A DNA stretch of 64,000 bases from contig NW_003526945.1 in the NCBI RefSeq assembly GCF_000181795.1, positions 4,676,682 through 4,740,681 on the forward strand, written 5' to 3'. Of the stretch, positions 35,747 through 49,200 are shown piece after piece. Positions within the stretch are counted from its first letter, which is position 1; the number at the start of each line of letters is the position of its first letter. Made by a program: the position numbers and the translations under genes. Origin of the DNA: Trichinella spiralis. Lineage: Eukaryota. Below the pieces are notes generated by a model. The model saw only the letters and a list, made by a program, of their open reading frames with translations, was not told where the DNA came from and ran no database searches.

Positions 35747-37872
35747 AATAGCATATATTTTGCGCATTGCATTGCAGCTATTATTTATTGCTGATAGCAC
35801 GTTTTTTTTAGTTTTAAAAATGATGGTTATGCGGAGTAATGTTGTGTGTGCAATATCAGAATAATTAAAATATGTTACTCAAAAGTTAATCTTATTTGGA
35901 AATTATCAATACGATTAACAAATATTTCCGTATAATGTTTGTAAATTTAAAATGTGGTTTAATCAAAATGTCTGATGATATTCAATTGTAATCTGTGTAT
36001 GGGTAGTTTTGTAAGGCAAATTTCAAATATTTTCAAGCATAAATTTTAAAATGATGTTAAATTCGTATAACAATTGCAGTTCGTATGTTGTGTTAAATTA
36101 GAATCATAATCAGTTTAAAAGTTTAACATATGCAGCGGTTCCTTAACAAAGTATTATTCAATGGATGGAATTTTTAAAGTCTACTGATTTTCATGTTAGG
36201 AACAACGTAGTTTTACCTTGTTTATTTTTTAGAGTTTATGAGCTCAGCAGATAGTTTTAATTGGAATTTTGTGAAATCTTCCCATAGACAGTGCTGATAA
36301 AATACTCCACAAAATACCATCTACAATCAGGTTGGACTTTAGAGAAGTATTTTGATGATAAGACTAGGTTAAATAATGCGGTTTTGGAAAGTAGTACAAT
36401 TAACACAGAATAGTAGCCGTAGAAGAATTTTAGCAGAGGCTACGATTCAACACATATAATTTTGCATAACGTTAATATATATACAAATTCTACGGCTAAT
36501 ACAACAATTCAATTGATTTGTCGTAGTTTGCTAATGCACAATGGACGCTGATTTGATCAGTGAAAAGCAATTTAGCGTCTAGTAGGTCAAATGTTTGATT
36601 TGTATTTAAAAATTTTATCAAAATTGTAAAGTTGATAGTTTCATCTTTTCTTTAGTAATAGAATATTTGTTAAATAAATTCATTATTCATCTATAATAAA
36701 CAACATTTTTTTCATTGCTGTTCTATAAATTATACAAAGTCACTGTACTTTTAGGACGGAAACAAAAATTATACATTATATTACAACAGTTTCCTGAGAA
36801 AAATAACAATAAAAATTACATATATGCAAAAAGAAATCAATAAAAGTTGAACTTGATTTTCATTAAAAGAAATACCGTTATTTCATACATGAAATTTTTA
36901 ATAGAACGCTCCAAGCAAAATATTTCAGCCCTGTTTTAATAAAATACAAGAAAACATGTTTTTAGATTTATTAAACTTAAAACAATGAATTATTTTGATT
37001 AAACATCGACGCTGATTGCGTGACACAGATTCAATAATTTTTAATAAATTTGTTTCATATTTCGTGAAAATCAATGCACTAAAAAATATTTTTTATATTT
37101 TTTTAAATTAAAATAATATTTAATGGAATAAAAATAATGTTATTGCATTAAATACTTTGTGATTATTAATTTATTAATTGTGTCATTTAAAATTCTTCAA
37201 GGATGAATTATATACTTCTGGATACTGTAAATTATGCCGTCTGACTTCTTTGTTAGCTGGTTGCTTGTTGGTGCGATGGCAGTAGTGTTGAGTTGTCTGT
37301 ATGCATTAACGACGATGCAGCTTCATAATGAATAACCTTGGTAATTGCCTGTTCATTTATCTCAACTTTGGCATTTTCTGTCGCATGAAAAGTGATAAAT
37401 TAAACTTTTAATGCAAGTTGACGATGCACGAATTGTAATTCAGAATAAAACGATTGTTTTTCAAGCTGTCGCGTAGTGAAGCGTAAAAGTGCGGAAAACC
37501 ATTAATGACAAATTGTGAAAACTTTCAGTTTTGTTTAGCATATTTTAAAATACTAGAAAAGAACAATTAATGTATATCTAAAAGCTTTTAGTTTAATCAT
37601 TGTAATAAATTTTTTCAAACTTTTCGTGTTCCATTTTACATCGTTGATCGAAGGCTTTTTGGTTTTGCCATTTTTCATCATAACGATTTTAATTTGGCAA
37701 TACTATGTCATGTTATTGTTTTAGGGCTTTTACGATGATCTTATTTCCTGCGGTATAGCTGTTCGAATCATAATCGTTCCTATGCAAATTATATAATTTA
37801 TTTTGTCCCTCCGTGTTCAGTACTTAAATAAATATCGGTAACAATACTGGGTTAATCATTTAAGCTGATTGC

Positions 37873-37959
37873 GTTCGTTCAGTAGAGTGAAAGTTCTGTT
37901 CATCTCTCGCTGCTTTCAGAATGTTCGGATGGATGGTGTTTTCGTTAACGTTGTCGAAC
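37873..37959 (+). ncRNA. Candidate pre-miRNA hairpin with a G:U-rich stem
   Basis: AGUGAAAGUUCUGUUCAUCU (37886-37905) pairs with GGAUGGAUGGUGUUUUCGUU (37927-37946) at 19 of 20 positions. Many pairs are G:U, so it folds only on the + strand. Confidence 0.55.
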
Positions 37960-38035
37960 AGAGTTGGTTCAAACTGACAGTTTACAACGGCAGACTGAAA
38001 AATGGTGGATGGAAAATGGATGGACCCGGAAGGTC

Positions 38036-38109
38036 TTCATGCGGCTACGATCATCTTTGCTCAATTTTGATAATAAACAATTGAGCAATTTTGATCGTAG
38101 CCGTACGAA
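38036..38109 (+). ncRNA. pre-miRNA hairpin, miR-87 seed family; predicted 3p UUGAGCAAUUUUGAUCGUAGC (38081-38101)
   Basis: 31-nt arms with 27 pairs and a 12-nt loop. Seed UGAGCAA is shared with miR-87/miR-233/miR-356. Confidence 0.85.
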
Positions 38110-38270
38110 TGACCATAATTCTTAGCCGTAACTCCACTTAGCAGCAGCAGTACCACGTAGACAAAGATCATTGTTGCAAATTATAAATAGTTTTCTGTTG
38201 TCGATTGTTGAAACTGAGTTTTTTGAGCTAATGAATTTTCAAATCAGTGAAATTGATACTCCAGCAGCTG

Positions 38271-38357
38271 AACTCGTCGTATAGCGACGACAGTGGTTGC
38301 TCCAATTGAGTTCAGATATACAATTGAGCAATCACAGTCGTAGCTTTACGTAGAGTT
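38271..38357 (+). ncRNA. pre-miRNA hairpin, miR-87 seed family; predicted 3p UUGAGCAAUCACAGUCGUAGC (38324-38344)
   Basis: CGUAUAGCGACGACAGUGGUUGCUCCAAUUG pairs with CAAUUGAGCAAUCACAGUCGUAGCUUUACG. Confidence 0.8.
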
Positions 38358-40191
38358 TGAAAACCCGAACGCTGCTACACGCCAGTTTGCCCGAGAAGTG
38401 GCGAAGAAGAGAAAACAACGGTCGATTGACGAAATATTAAATTAACTATTGTTGATTATCGAAATAAAATTTTGAATAAACAATCTGCTTCATTGTTTGA
38501 AACATTTTAAAAAACACTTATACAAATACAACACATTGAAGAGTGGTTACAAATGCAAATGAACAATCTTATCGCTAAACGAAATTTTGTTTACTTTCTA
38601 ATTCTTGTTGCTTTCTTAGAAATGTGTTACTGAAAGTTGTAACATTCTGAATATTGTATGAGGCGCTTACGTGGCAACACTTAACACTTAACAATGGCAA
38701 GGAATGAAAAAACAATATGAATTTTGTTTTCAACTTCTCTATATGTATGAATTTTGAAATTTCTAATCTGAAGATTTTAATCAAGCAATAAAATATGCGT
38801 GCAGTTGTTGAATCGGCCAAATTTGTTTACAAATTTATGCTGAAACGCATTCATTTAAGCGGAAGTTGACTTTACATCGGAAAGATACATTTTTGCAGCG
38901 AGAATGTTGTAAATTTTTGAGACCCATTTCGGCTATCAACTACAATTATTCAATTTTTTTGCTTATAGATTAAACGTAAAAGTTTTACATGGTTATTTTG
39001 TTTATAATTGTTGAACATTCAACGTAAAATTTGTAAATAAAAATTGAAAGCTTAACAGATATGTTGAAATAATTTTTTTAGATGAAATTTTGTTTATTTG
39101 ACATTTTCGTGTTTAAAAATAAACGAAAAAAAAATTTAAACAACTGAAGTATTTAGGTCAGTTTTCTGATTAGTCATAATTTCATTTCAAAACATTAAAA
39201 ATTTTTCATATTTTATACTTAACGCTTTAAAATTGATTTATTTCATTTTTTTATTATATAAATTTCAAATTTTAAATTTATTCAGTGATGATTTGTTAAC
39301 TTGCCGAAATGCAACTTTGTTGCGGTGGTTTTGTTCTTAACTGATACAATTTTTAAAAAAATATTTTTTTTAATACAATATGCAATTTTATATTAATTAT
39401 ATGCAGTTTTAAATTAAGTTAACTTTTATTGCTTTTCAGGTACAATAGATGGTGAAATGTCAGTTACAATACTTGCAGCTATCCTAATTGCTTTTAATTA
39501 CAGTAGCATTGACACGTAACTTATTTTGACAAAGATCGATTTGTGTGCGGTGGCGTCGGCGGCGGCAGTTTGTTCCCACAGTTTTTTCAAATCGCGTCGT
39601 TAATGACGGCGTCATTTGGCTGCATGAAAACATTCTAGGCACTCTTGATTCATAATAAAGCAGAAGCTGAGTGGAAACATCGTTTTGAAAGTTTCGTCTG
39701 CGTTTTCGTCGAGCGCGGTGCGTTTTCGGCAAACGAATCCTATCTGTATTCGGCATCCTACGTTTCGACCGTTCAGTGAAACTTTTATATTTATATTTTC
39801 GTGAAAAAAAGCTTTTCCAATAAATTTAAGCCATCTCTATTTTAGGTCATCCTGTCTCGACTCATCAAAAGCATCTTGCTGTTGATTTGGGCCGACATCG
39901 TTTGAATACTTGTTGAAATAAACATACAGTTCACTAAACCTGAGTGTCTTTGATTTTTAGGTAGACGAAGAATTCAGTTTTGAAGTGGCATTTTGTCGCT
40001 TCTAACGTTGATCCCGTATCATCACTCATAATGTTGGTCATGAGGCAGTATATCGATTGATTGGCAACGAAAACTTTTCGCATTGGTGAAAGAGAAAGCC
40101 CAGAAAGCGTTTTCAAGTGTACTTGTCTATATGCTAATTGTACGATTTCAGTTTATAGGTATTTGGGTTTCCCTACCGTGGGCTATTTCTT

Positions 40192-40267
40192 TTCTTGGAG
40201 CGGCAACCACTGTTGCTCGAATTGAGTTTTATGGACAATTGAGCAACTCTGGTTGTCGCTTTACGAA
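40192..40267 (+). ncRNA. pre-miRNA hairpin, miR-87 seed family; predicted 3p UUGAGCAACUCUGGUUGUCGC (40239-40259)
   Basis: UUCUUGGAGCGGCAACCACUGUUGCUCGAAUUG pairs with CAAUUGAGCAACUCUGGUUGUCGCUUUACGAA around an 11-nt loop. Confidence 0.8.
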
Positions 40268-41100
40268 GAATTTTGTCCATGGAGTTTGGCTAGCAGTTGT
40301 TGCGTGAAACCTGACGTTGATTGTGAAAATACAATTGTTTTTGTTGTTTTGTTTAAACTGCATATATGACAGAAAACATTATCAATAAAAAGTTGAAATG
40401 AACATTAATTCTCTGTTGAATGTTAAAATTGCACTAACTTTACAAATTGAAAATTAATATTGAATGGTGGCACACTTGAAATTGTTTGTAATGCTCGTAA
40501 ACCTAAAATTGCTCGAAGCTAACAAAAACAGCCACGAAATCACGTAATTTATTGATTTAAGCAAAAATCAGTCGAGCGGAAAATTCTCGAACGTGAACGA
40601 TCAGTCTTTTGTTTTTCTTTGAAGTTCTTCAAATTGTCTCTTGGTCAGTACTTTTTACCGAGAAAATTGGCATATTTGTTCGTTAATGAATGCAAATTGA
40701 CAAATTATTTGCGTTTTATCCCTTTTGAAGAGTTGCATTTCATTTAAACGTGACATGAAAAGAACGTAGCATTTCATCTTTGTCCCTTGTTTGTTTTGCA
40801 GACGAGAAAGTTGTTTACGAATTTTACGTTAATGTGGGCAGCAATGGAAGCATTTGTAGAAAAAGTAATGTACAGAAAGGAGAGCATACTTTTAAGTTGT
40901 TATTTAAAATAGCAAGCAGTTAATTGTCTGAAAAGGTAAAATTGACAAAACCGTCAGCACGAAAAATTATTCAAAGATGTTTCAAAATGAAAATATATTT
41001 ACAAAAACCTATTCAATTATTCAACAGACTGCTATTTTTCATTCTCATTCTATTTTAAGCGTAAAAAAAGTCTTATCGTAAAGCTTTTGTACGTATGTAC

Positions 41101-41185
41101 CTGATTGTTTGATTACAGTCTTACTGACAGGTCGTTACGTGGGAATTGAACTCGTTGTCACTGTGACTGTATTTGACGGCGGCAG
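41101..41185 (+). ncRNA. Candidate pre-miRNA hairpin
   Basis: UUGUUUGAUUACAGUCUUACUGACAG pairs with UUGUCACUGUGACUGUAUUUGACGG around a loop of about 24 nt. Confidence 0.45.
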
Positions 41186-43284
41186 TTGTGATTAATGGTA
41201 TTTTTATCAGTATTATTTGTTGTTCGATACTCTAATCTAGATGGGGGTATTTTGTTTGGTTGTTTATTTTAAATTTATTTCAATCCACGATATACATCGG
41301 TTGTTCGGTTTGAACTTTCGCACGGCACACAACAAAAAGCGCACTTTCAGTCTGGGGCAGTGCAATTGTACTTTTGAGTTTTTTTTCTTTTTCAAATAAA
41401 GCATTCTAAAATATTTTATTCATTGCATGGGAAGTGGTGCAACTTTGACACATTGAACATTCGCACTGAAAAATGCTGATAGAAACTTGATGGAAAATTG
41501 TTGTCAATTGCACAAATCAATAAATTTAAAAAAAGAATATAAATTTACAAGATATTTATTGAGATAATTTGAAAAGCAGAAATATTATTCTCCACTTCAA
41601 TCTATTCAACTGACAAAATGACAAACAATTATATAAGTAATACATTTGAACAAGAAATTACAGTAGTTCATAATTGAAAACGATCGCTAACTTTTGTAAA
41701 AATTTATTTTCATATTTAAAAATTAGCGTCAAATTTATTGATATTGTCAAGTATTCTTTAGTGGACAAAGTCAAGAATGCCGTGTTCGTCCAACATCGTG
41801 TTGCAGATCAGAAGACCACATCAGAAATATTCCATTGATGAACGCATTCAATATGACGAACAGCAAAACAATCCACAGTAAGTAATGTTGAAAAGTTTCT
41901 CCTTGTGCTGGCGGGAAATTTATTAAAATTAGCATTGAACGTTGAAAAGGCAAATTGCGCATTGTCATCATCTGCAATTCAACGAAATAATATGCAATTT
42001 GTTTTGATGTTTAAAAAAATGTTTAACAGCAACGTTTTTTTTGAAACTTGCTTTTCTATAGCAAAAGCATTTCCAGAACTTTATCTTATTTTTTTGTTTG
42101 CAACACGCTGAAAGCGGGCAAAGCTGCTGCTATTTCTGTCTTGATATTTTCAAAACTTGTTGTTTCTTTTGTTTTTTGATATTTTTTGTCGAGGGGTGGG
42201 GGAATTCGGTGGTGAAAAGTTCGTAAAAATAGCTTCACACGTGCTGTTGTTGAAGGGTGGGAATTTGTTTCAATATGCAAATTTGCAACGAGAAACCGAT
42301 GATCCAACTTGATAATATTAGTAATATTGTACAAAGGGGAAAGAGGAGGAGGGGGGGTGGTAAAAATTTCAAAAGTAGAAATACTCAGTCGCAGGAGATT
42401 TCCCTGCTATGGTGGACGTTGTGAATGGGTAGTTTTGACAAAGTGTGGTCATATTAATGTGAAATTGATCGCTGCAAATTTTCTTCAAAAGTACTGATCA
42501 GCGAGTGTTTTATTCTCAACAGAATTTTCTCACAAAATGCAATTTCATTTTCTATTTTTTGTCATTTCTTTTTCAATTTGCTGTTTCTTTTCACTTTCAA
42601 TGCAAACTGTGCTTGCATTATTCGAAAAAATGAGAAAAAAAATCCACAATTGATAATGTTGAAATTATTTACAGTCCATTAATTATTCATTTATCTATGT
42701 ATCTATTTATAAATATTCAATTAGTGGTAGGAGAGAGAGAGAGAGAAGTGAAAATGGTGAAATCATCGTTGACATTGGTTTATCCCTTTGCATGGGCGCT
42801 TTCTATTGGTCAGTTTTGAACAGATCGATTGGCTGACGGCAAACTAGCAGCGGGACCGAAATGTTTCGCTCATTCTTGCCCAAAGTGCTTCATAATCAAC
42901 AGACAACACAATAATCATTCCTGTGACAGTTCCTTTTCATGTAAAATTATTTGTTTTTGATAAAATTTAAAAGAATTTCTTAATCATAGAAATTTATTTT
43001 TTTGTATTTTTGGAATTTCCATTTTTCAAAAAATTCCCACTCTACCATAAAATATAATATGTTCATTTGAAATATTACTCCAGTCAGCGTTTGTTTGTTA
43101 TTTTTCTCTTCTCATTTATCAAGTTTATTATTATTATTAATTTCCTTAAATATTGTTATCCAAAAATTGACCGATTGTTTGATTGCACTTTTTTCGTTGG
43201 AACCAAATTGCCACACCTCTACTTTCTCTTGTCCACCTCCTTTTGCTTTTGTACAAATAACTTGCCGACGCAGTGACCGACACC

Positions 43285-46200
43285 ATGACTGGACGTTTGT
43301 TTATTTGCTTTTGCATATTGGTCATTGTTTTGTTGCTTGGCTTGAAAATTCAAGCTCGAACAACAACAACATCACATCGTCGACATTCAAAGCACAAATC
43401 TTCACTGCGACGTAACATTGGTAAAATGATTGTTTGTTTATTTGTTTGTTTTTAATGAGCTCAGCTTAGCTTTGAACAGCTTTTTCCAATGTTCAATTGT
43501 TCATCTTTTATTGTCTTCATTGTCACAGGAAGATGTTTTCAGTTCAGCTTACATGGGTGAGATTAGCCAACAAAATCAATAGGATCATGTAACAGCTCTT
43601 AAAATTATTGCTTTCGTTACCTTTTCTGAACCTGGCCAAAAAAATTCGAAAAGTTGAGGGAAAAAAGTATTTTAAAAAATTTTAGCCAAACTTTAATTAT
43701 TGAAAATTGATGCAAAGTGGTGAAATTTATAACGATTTTTTACAACTTCTCAATATCTTTCTTTACTTTATCAATGGAAAATGCTTCTTCTTCTTCTTCT
43801 CTTATTGATAAAAGTCTGAGATGGGAATTATTATTGAAAAATGAAATTTCTATTCTTATTTATTAAAATCATTTCTTTTTTAAAAAAAGTAAATTCCACT
43901 GCTTCAGTTGGAATAAATTTTATCAGAAATTGAGAACAGCATTTATCAATAGACAGTGCTAGTTGTTGTTATTAAAAGCGATCATATATATATGTATAGA
44001 GCCGTTTGTCGATCAGATCAGATTTGATTTTTTTTTCTCTTTTCACTTTTTACTCTTTTCTTCCAATACAAATCTCCTTTTTTTTGTTCACATTTGTAGT
44101 AAATTTGATTTCAAATTTCGAAAGCATAAAAGTAGTAGGCGTCGTGGGTTGTTGGTTAATGAATTTATCTTCTCCTCAGTTACCTTCAGTTGAAAGTTTT
44201 ATTAATTTATCATTATACGGATTTGATGTTGTTCTTCTACTGTGTGATTTGTACAAATGGATGCTTTTTGTGAAAAGCAACGGCGAAAATGCTTATTAAT
44301 AGAATTACGAATTTGCAGACGATCAATACTGAATTGAAACAATGATGATGTGTTGTGAAATTCTCTTTTGAGAGAACTTTTTCAGCTAGACATCAGACAA
44401 CTAAATTATCCATCCTTTTCCACTAACATCCAGCATGCATGCTCGTACAATCATGCCAACAATTTTAATGCGCAATGCAATTGGCAATAGTATAATTATT
44501 GTTTAAGAGAAACAGAAGATAAAGTTGACAGTAGATTTTTTCTTGCTGATATAGTAAATTCTTTTCTTTTTTTTGATTTAATTTATTTGCTAGTTGTACT
44601 TTTTGATAGGACACGATTGACCTATTCCGCGTTGTAATTTTACTGTTGTCGATGGTGGTGGGGTGATCTGTTGCTTTATTGGGGACTGGATTGTTTTCAG
44701 CTTTTTCCACCAAACTGGGCTGTATAATTTAGTCCCCAATAACAATTCTGGTATTCGAGAATATTCGGCCAAGATGGACCTGTTCGACCTTTTTTGTCCC
44801 AAGCCGATTCCTGTTCAAATGCTGATTAATTAGTCGTATCATGCATCGCCCTTGACCAAAGAAAGCAATGCTCTCGCGCGTTTGATGGCATTATTTTCTT
44901 CTTTGAACAGTGAAAAAGCTGGCTGCAGTTCTTCTTTTCCATATTTTGCATTTGCAGTTTCCCATTAAGCTCATTACAATTTTACAATTAACTTGCTATT
45001 GTGGAGAAAAAATTGCCCAGTATTGGCGTTCTGTGTTCGCATTGCTTGTTCATTACAATTTGTAATAATTAGATTGAATTGAATTGGCACGTGATAGTTA
45101 GTAGCAGCGGCAGCTATATGGACTTTTTCATTCCGTTGAGTATTGAAAATTTTTGAAAAATGTCATACTTTATAATCATTTCCATTAATAAAGTATGACG
45201 TATTAAGTTGCTTTGTAATTAGTTGGAGAAATTGCTAATGAGAAGAACATTTACTTGTTTGTGCACAATAGCTTCAGCTTGTTCGGCTTTGTTGTACAAT
45301 AGCGTGACACATTTCCTGTGCTATAATGTCAGCATCATTTCAGTGAATGTATCGATTTTGGCTTTCGATAGCATCGACTTATTGCGGCGAGCATGAATTA
45401 TCTATCTTGCAAATTGCATATTCTTGGCCACTTTTGTTGTATGTTGTTATTGCATCCTATAGCAGATGGAACCATTTGTCATGGTTGCACATGTTTATTT
45501 CTTATTGCAATAAAAAGCTTAATGAGAGCTCCAACGGCTCAGTTACGCGGGCATTTTCATCATTGTTAACAATAATAATAAACACAACTCCTTGATTGCA
45601 TCTATTCATCCAACATTCCAATGAGAAATAGCTGGACAACAAAAGAAAAACACCTTTTGCTTTCCCCTTGCTTGCAGTTAAACGGATACAGTTAGTTATG
45701 CAATGACTGTTAACAACAACAACAGCAACAACAACTTTCTGTTCTTGATAATGTGATAAATATATTTTTGTTTCATTGCATTATCGATTGCAGTTAAATT
45801 TCCTGTTCTTGATTGACTTGATAAAGTTTTAATTTTTGAATTTTAACCTTGTAATATCTGCCCACTGCACTGCTTGCTTCATTGTACAACAACTGCTAAC
45901 AGCAGTTGCTTTTCTAGTTTATAATGTTCATTTAATGAAAGAAAAACTGTTGATCATTCAATAGTCGTCCTCGTTAGTTTGATCTGCTTTATATATGCAT
46001 TGCAATCGATAATTTTTCTTTGCTTTTGTTCACAAATGATAGATTTTTTATTTTCATTTGCTGCGTTTCAACGATTTTTATATTTCAATGCACTTTATGA
46101 TTGTTGTCTGCTCAAGACAAAAGAAAAAAGAAATCTTCAAATCCCATGAAAACTTATCATTGCATTGTAGACAGTTCTTGTATTGCTAGAGTAAAAATTT

Positions 46201-49200
46201 CTTTTTACATATTATCAACAAATATATAAGATATCAGCAAATATCTTAATTATCTGCGTATTTATTTTCATTTCAACCTTTTTTTCACTTTCGTAAATAA
46301 ATTCCACTGATGAATAATGATATTCATGCAATGCAGTGTGTGTTGGGTGGTTTTCTTTGATGAATCATCATCAATAGGCAAGTCTCTATTGTCTGTTTCT
46401 GTTATATTTGTTGTTGTTGCTGTTGTAGTGGCACATTATACAAGCTTGACGTTCTGCTTTGAATAGCTTCGCTTAAATTTGAATAATACACACATCTACT
46501 ACACGGATTGGCATTGTAATTGAGATTCAGTATGTTATGTTATGTTAATTGGGAGGGAGGGGAGGCTTTTTATTTTAAAAAAGCATATACTGTTGAACAA
46601 ATTCTGTTCGTTAGAGGTGAACTTGTTGTCGCCGACAAATAGACGTCGATTTTGAATAATAAGCAGAGCTTCTTTCAGAAGGTAGTTTCCATTTCTTTTC
46701 TTTCTTTACGTGACCGTTGATGACCAGAGGTCACCTCCGGACCAAACTGGTCCGTTTGCCTAGCTGCTTTAGGTTAGTTGACGGCAACAACAACAACAAG
46801 AACAGCAACAGGAAAATTTGCAGTTTAAAATTTGCATTTTTAAACAGAAAACAATTTCACACGTTGTTAGATATATCGATAGTGCAATTTGGAGGGGCAG
46901 TGGCAGAGAGAGGGATAATTTGTTTTCTTTATCTTCAATTCAACGACCTCAGGGCTTACGCTTCATTGGAATAGCAACGAACTAACGCGACCACGATGTG
47001 CCCTTGCAGCCGAACTTTTTTATTTGTAGTCCACGTACAAAAGACTGCCTGTCATCGTTGCAGCATTGTCCCTAGCGGCACGACGTGACGCAAATTCTCT
47101 GACAAACATCACCGACGTGATGGGGGTGGGTCTTTATTATTGGGAGAATTGGTCCGCAGTGACCGAGAACCAATTCCAAGGACGTCGCCATTTTGATGTT
47201 GTGCAGTTTTGCAAATTTTAACACTTTTTCTATGCTTTTCCACTGCTAGCTCACTTCCCCTTCCCCTTCTATTGCTGATCTGCATTCATTGTGCTGAGAT
47301 GTGCATGCAATTTTCCACTTGTCTTCACTTTTTCAAAATTTGCAATCACTTCCTAAATTTACTTTGCAGCAAATTAAATAACAGAGCGTGATAAATTAGC
47401 GGTATTTTCTTTGCTTTGCATTTCTTTCTTTTTGAATAAATTCAGTTAAGGAGGAAAATGAAAGTACGGATGACAACAACAATGTATAATCATAATCATC
47501 AGCATCATCATTTTCTATTTTGATCTATTACAATGGATGAAATGTGTAAAGAAAACAGAATGCAAATTAGTAAGTGTAAAATTAGCCGAAATGCAAAGAT
47601 ATCAGTTCACGTGCGTGCAATGAGAACAAACAGTAATATAATGCATCGAGCGTATTTAAATTTTCAAACGATCTTTTATGAATGATTAATTGCAACGAAT
47701 AAATGATTGGTTTTTCATATTGTTCATAATTTTTGCAACAGTAATCAAGCCTGTCTGTCTGCCTGTGGGATTTGTCGGTCAACATAATAAATTGGCTATT
47801 TTATGCAGATGCGCTATTTATTGATCATAATCTTGAGTGGCTAAATGAAAATTTTGATAATGATTAAAATTGATTCCTTTTTGCAGATGATCCACACTTG
47901 TTAGAAATGATTTAATTAAAATTGCGGATACTTTAATATTAATTTTTTCATTATTAAGAGTGAATTTTTTCGGTTTTGTTTCTGGATGTGTTCAGAAATG
48001 CAATTAGCTCGAAATTTAATTATTGATTTCAGTAAAAGCAGTTCAAATAGTAATGATGATAACGAACAACTCTATAGAGCACCTTTATTGGCGAAGGCCG
48101 TGTTCAAACAGTGCTCATTTGAACCATTATCAGGGCAACAATAAATAATGCTGTTTCGAGTTTATGGAAAAATTTTTGCTCCATCAAGCCAATCAATCAA
48201 ACAATGCCTTGCTGCTCCGTATTTTATCGTTCTCTTGACATGAATATTTGATTAATAATGTTGAAAGTACAATTTGAAGTTTTATTTATATAAATGAATT
48301 TTTCATGAATTGTACTTTTCTTAATCGAAAGCAATTAATATTAGAACAAAGGAAAAGGATTGTAATTCCATAACTGATTTGAAATAAAAATAAAATGATA
48401 AAATCGAATATCCTTCTGCTTATTTAAGTAGAATATTCGAAATATTTATTTAGTCGAATGTTCAAACGTTGATTGGAATCAAAAAATCAGATTGAAAATA
48501 TTTTGTTAATAATAATTGAATGTTTGTTCAAATTTTATTCTAATTATCAGATTTGGAATGCAGTTTTCCAACACACTGGCGTGGAGATTGGTACCGAAAT
48601 GAACAGCCAACAATTTCCATCAATGCTACGCATTTTGGTGCTCTTGGAAAATGTGCGGAACAGCGCAACAATCGATTCTTGCTTCATTTAAATGTGTATG
48701 TTTTGTGCTTTATTTCTTTATTATTTTTTTTCTGCTGTTCTAGTGCTTTTGTTACGCTCAACGCAACTTTATTTTATAATAATTTTTGTAGCATGGCAGT
48801 AGTGAACAATAAATAAGATGCAAAAATCAAATTTTAACTGCATAATTAATTTTAGTAATTTTTGTGTTTTTATTGTTACTTATGTAGAAATATTATTTTT
48901 TATTTCAGCGATCGGCAAAATTGTTGGCTATGCATAGTTATTTTTGAAAAACATCGAAATGTCTTACTATCCAAAGAAAGTAAGCTTATTTATTCAATTG
49001 ATGCTTTCTCAGTTATATATCTTCATTTATTATTGTTGTTTTTTCTTTGCTTATTTTCTATACAAAATTGAATGTATAATGCAGTTAGTTCGTCCATAGG
49101 CAGAAATAGCTTGATGTTTTTATTTTTATTCTTTTTATTTCGACAGTTTTGTTTGCTTATTCAAGTGCTGAACTCACACATTTTGTATTCTGAAAAACGA

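Noticed and set aside
37250..37300. miR-34-like pieces GUUAGCUGGUUG and UGGCAGU
   Set aside because: They occur in the wrong order and do not form a contiguous miR-34.
46736..47178. Short hairpins CGGACCA-AAC-TGGTCCG and GAATTGGT...ACCAATTC in an intron
   Set aside because: Stems of 7-8 bp are expected by chance and too short for pre-miRNAs.
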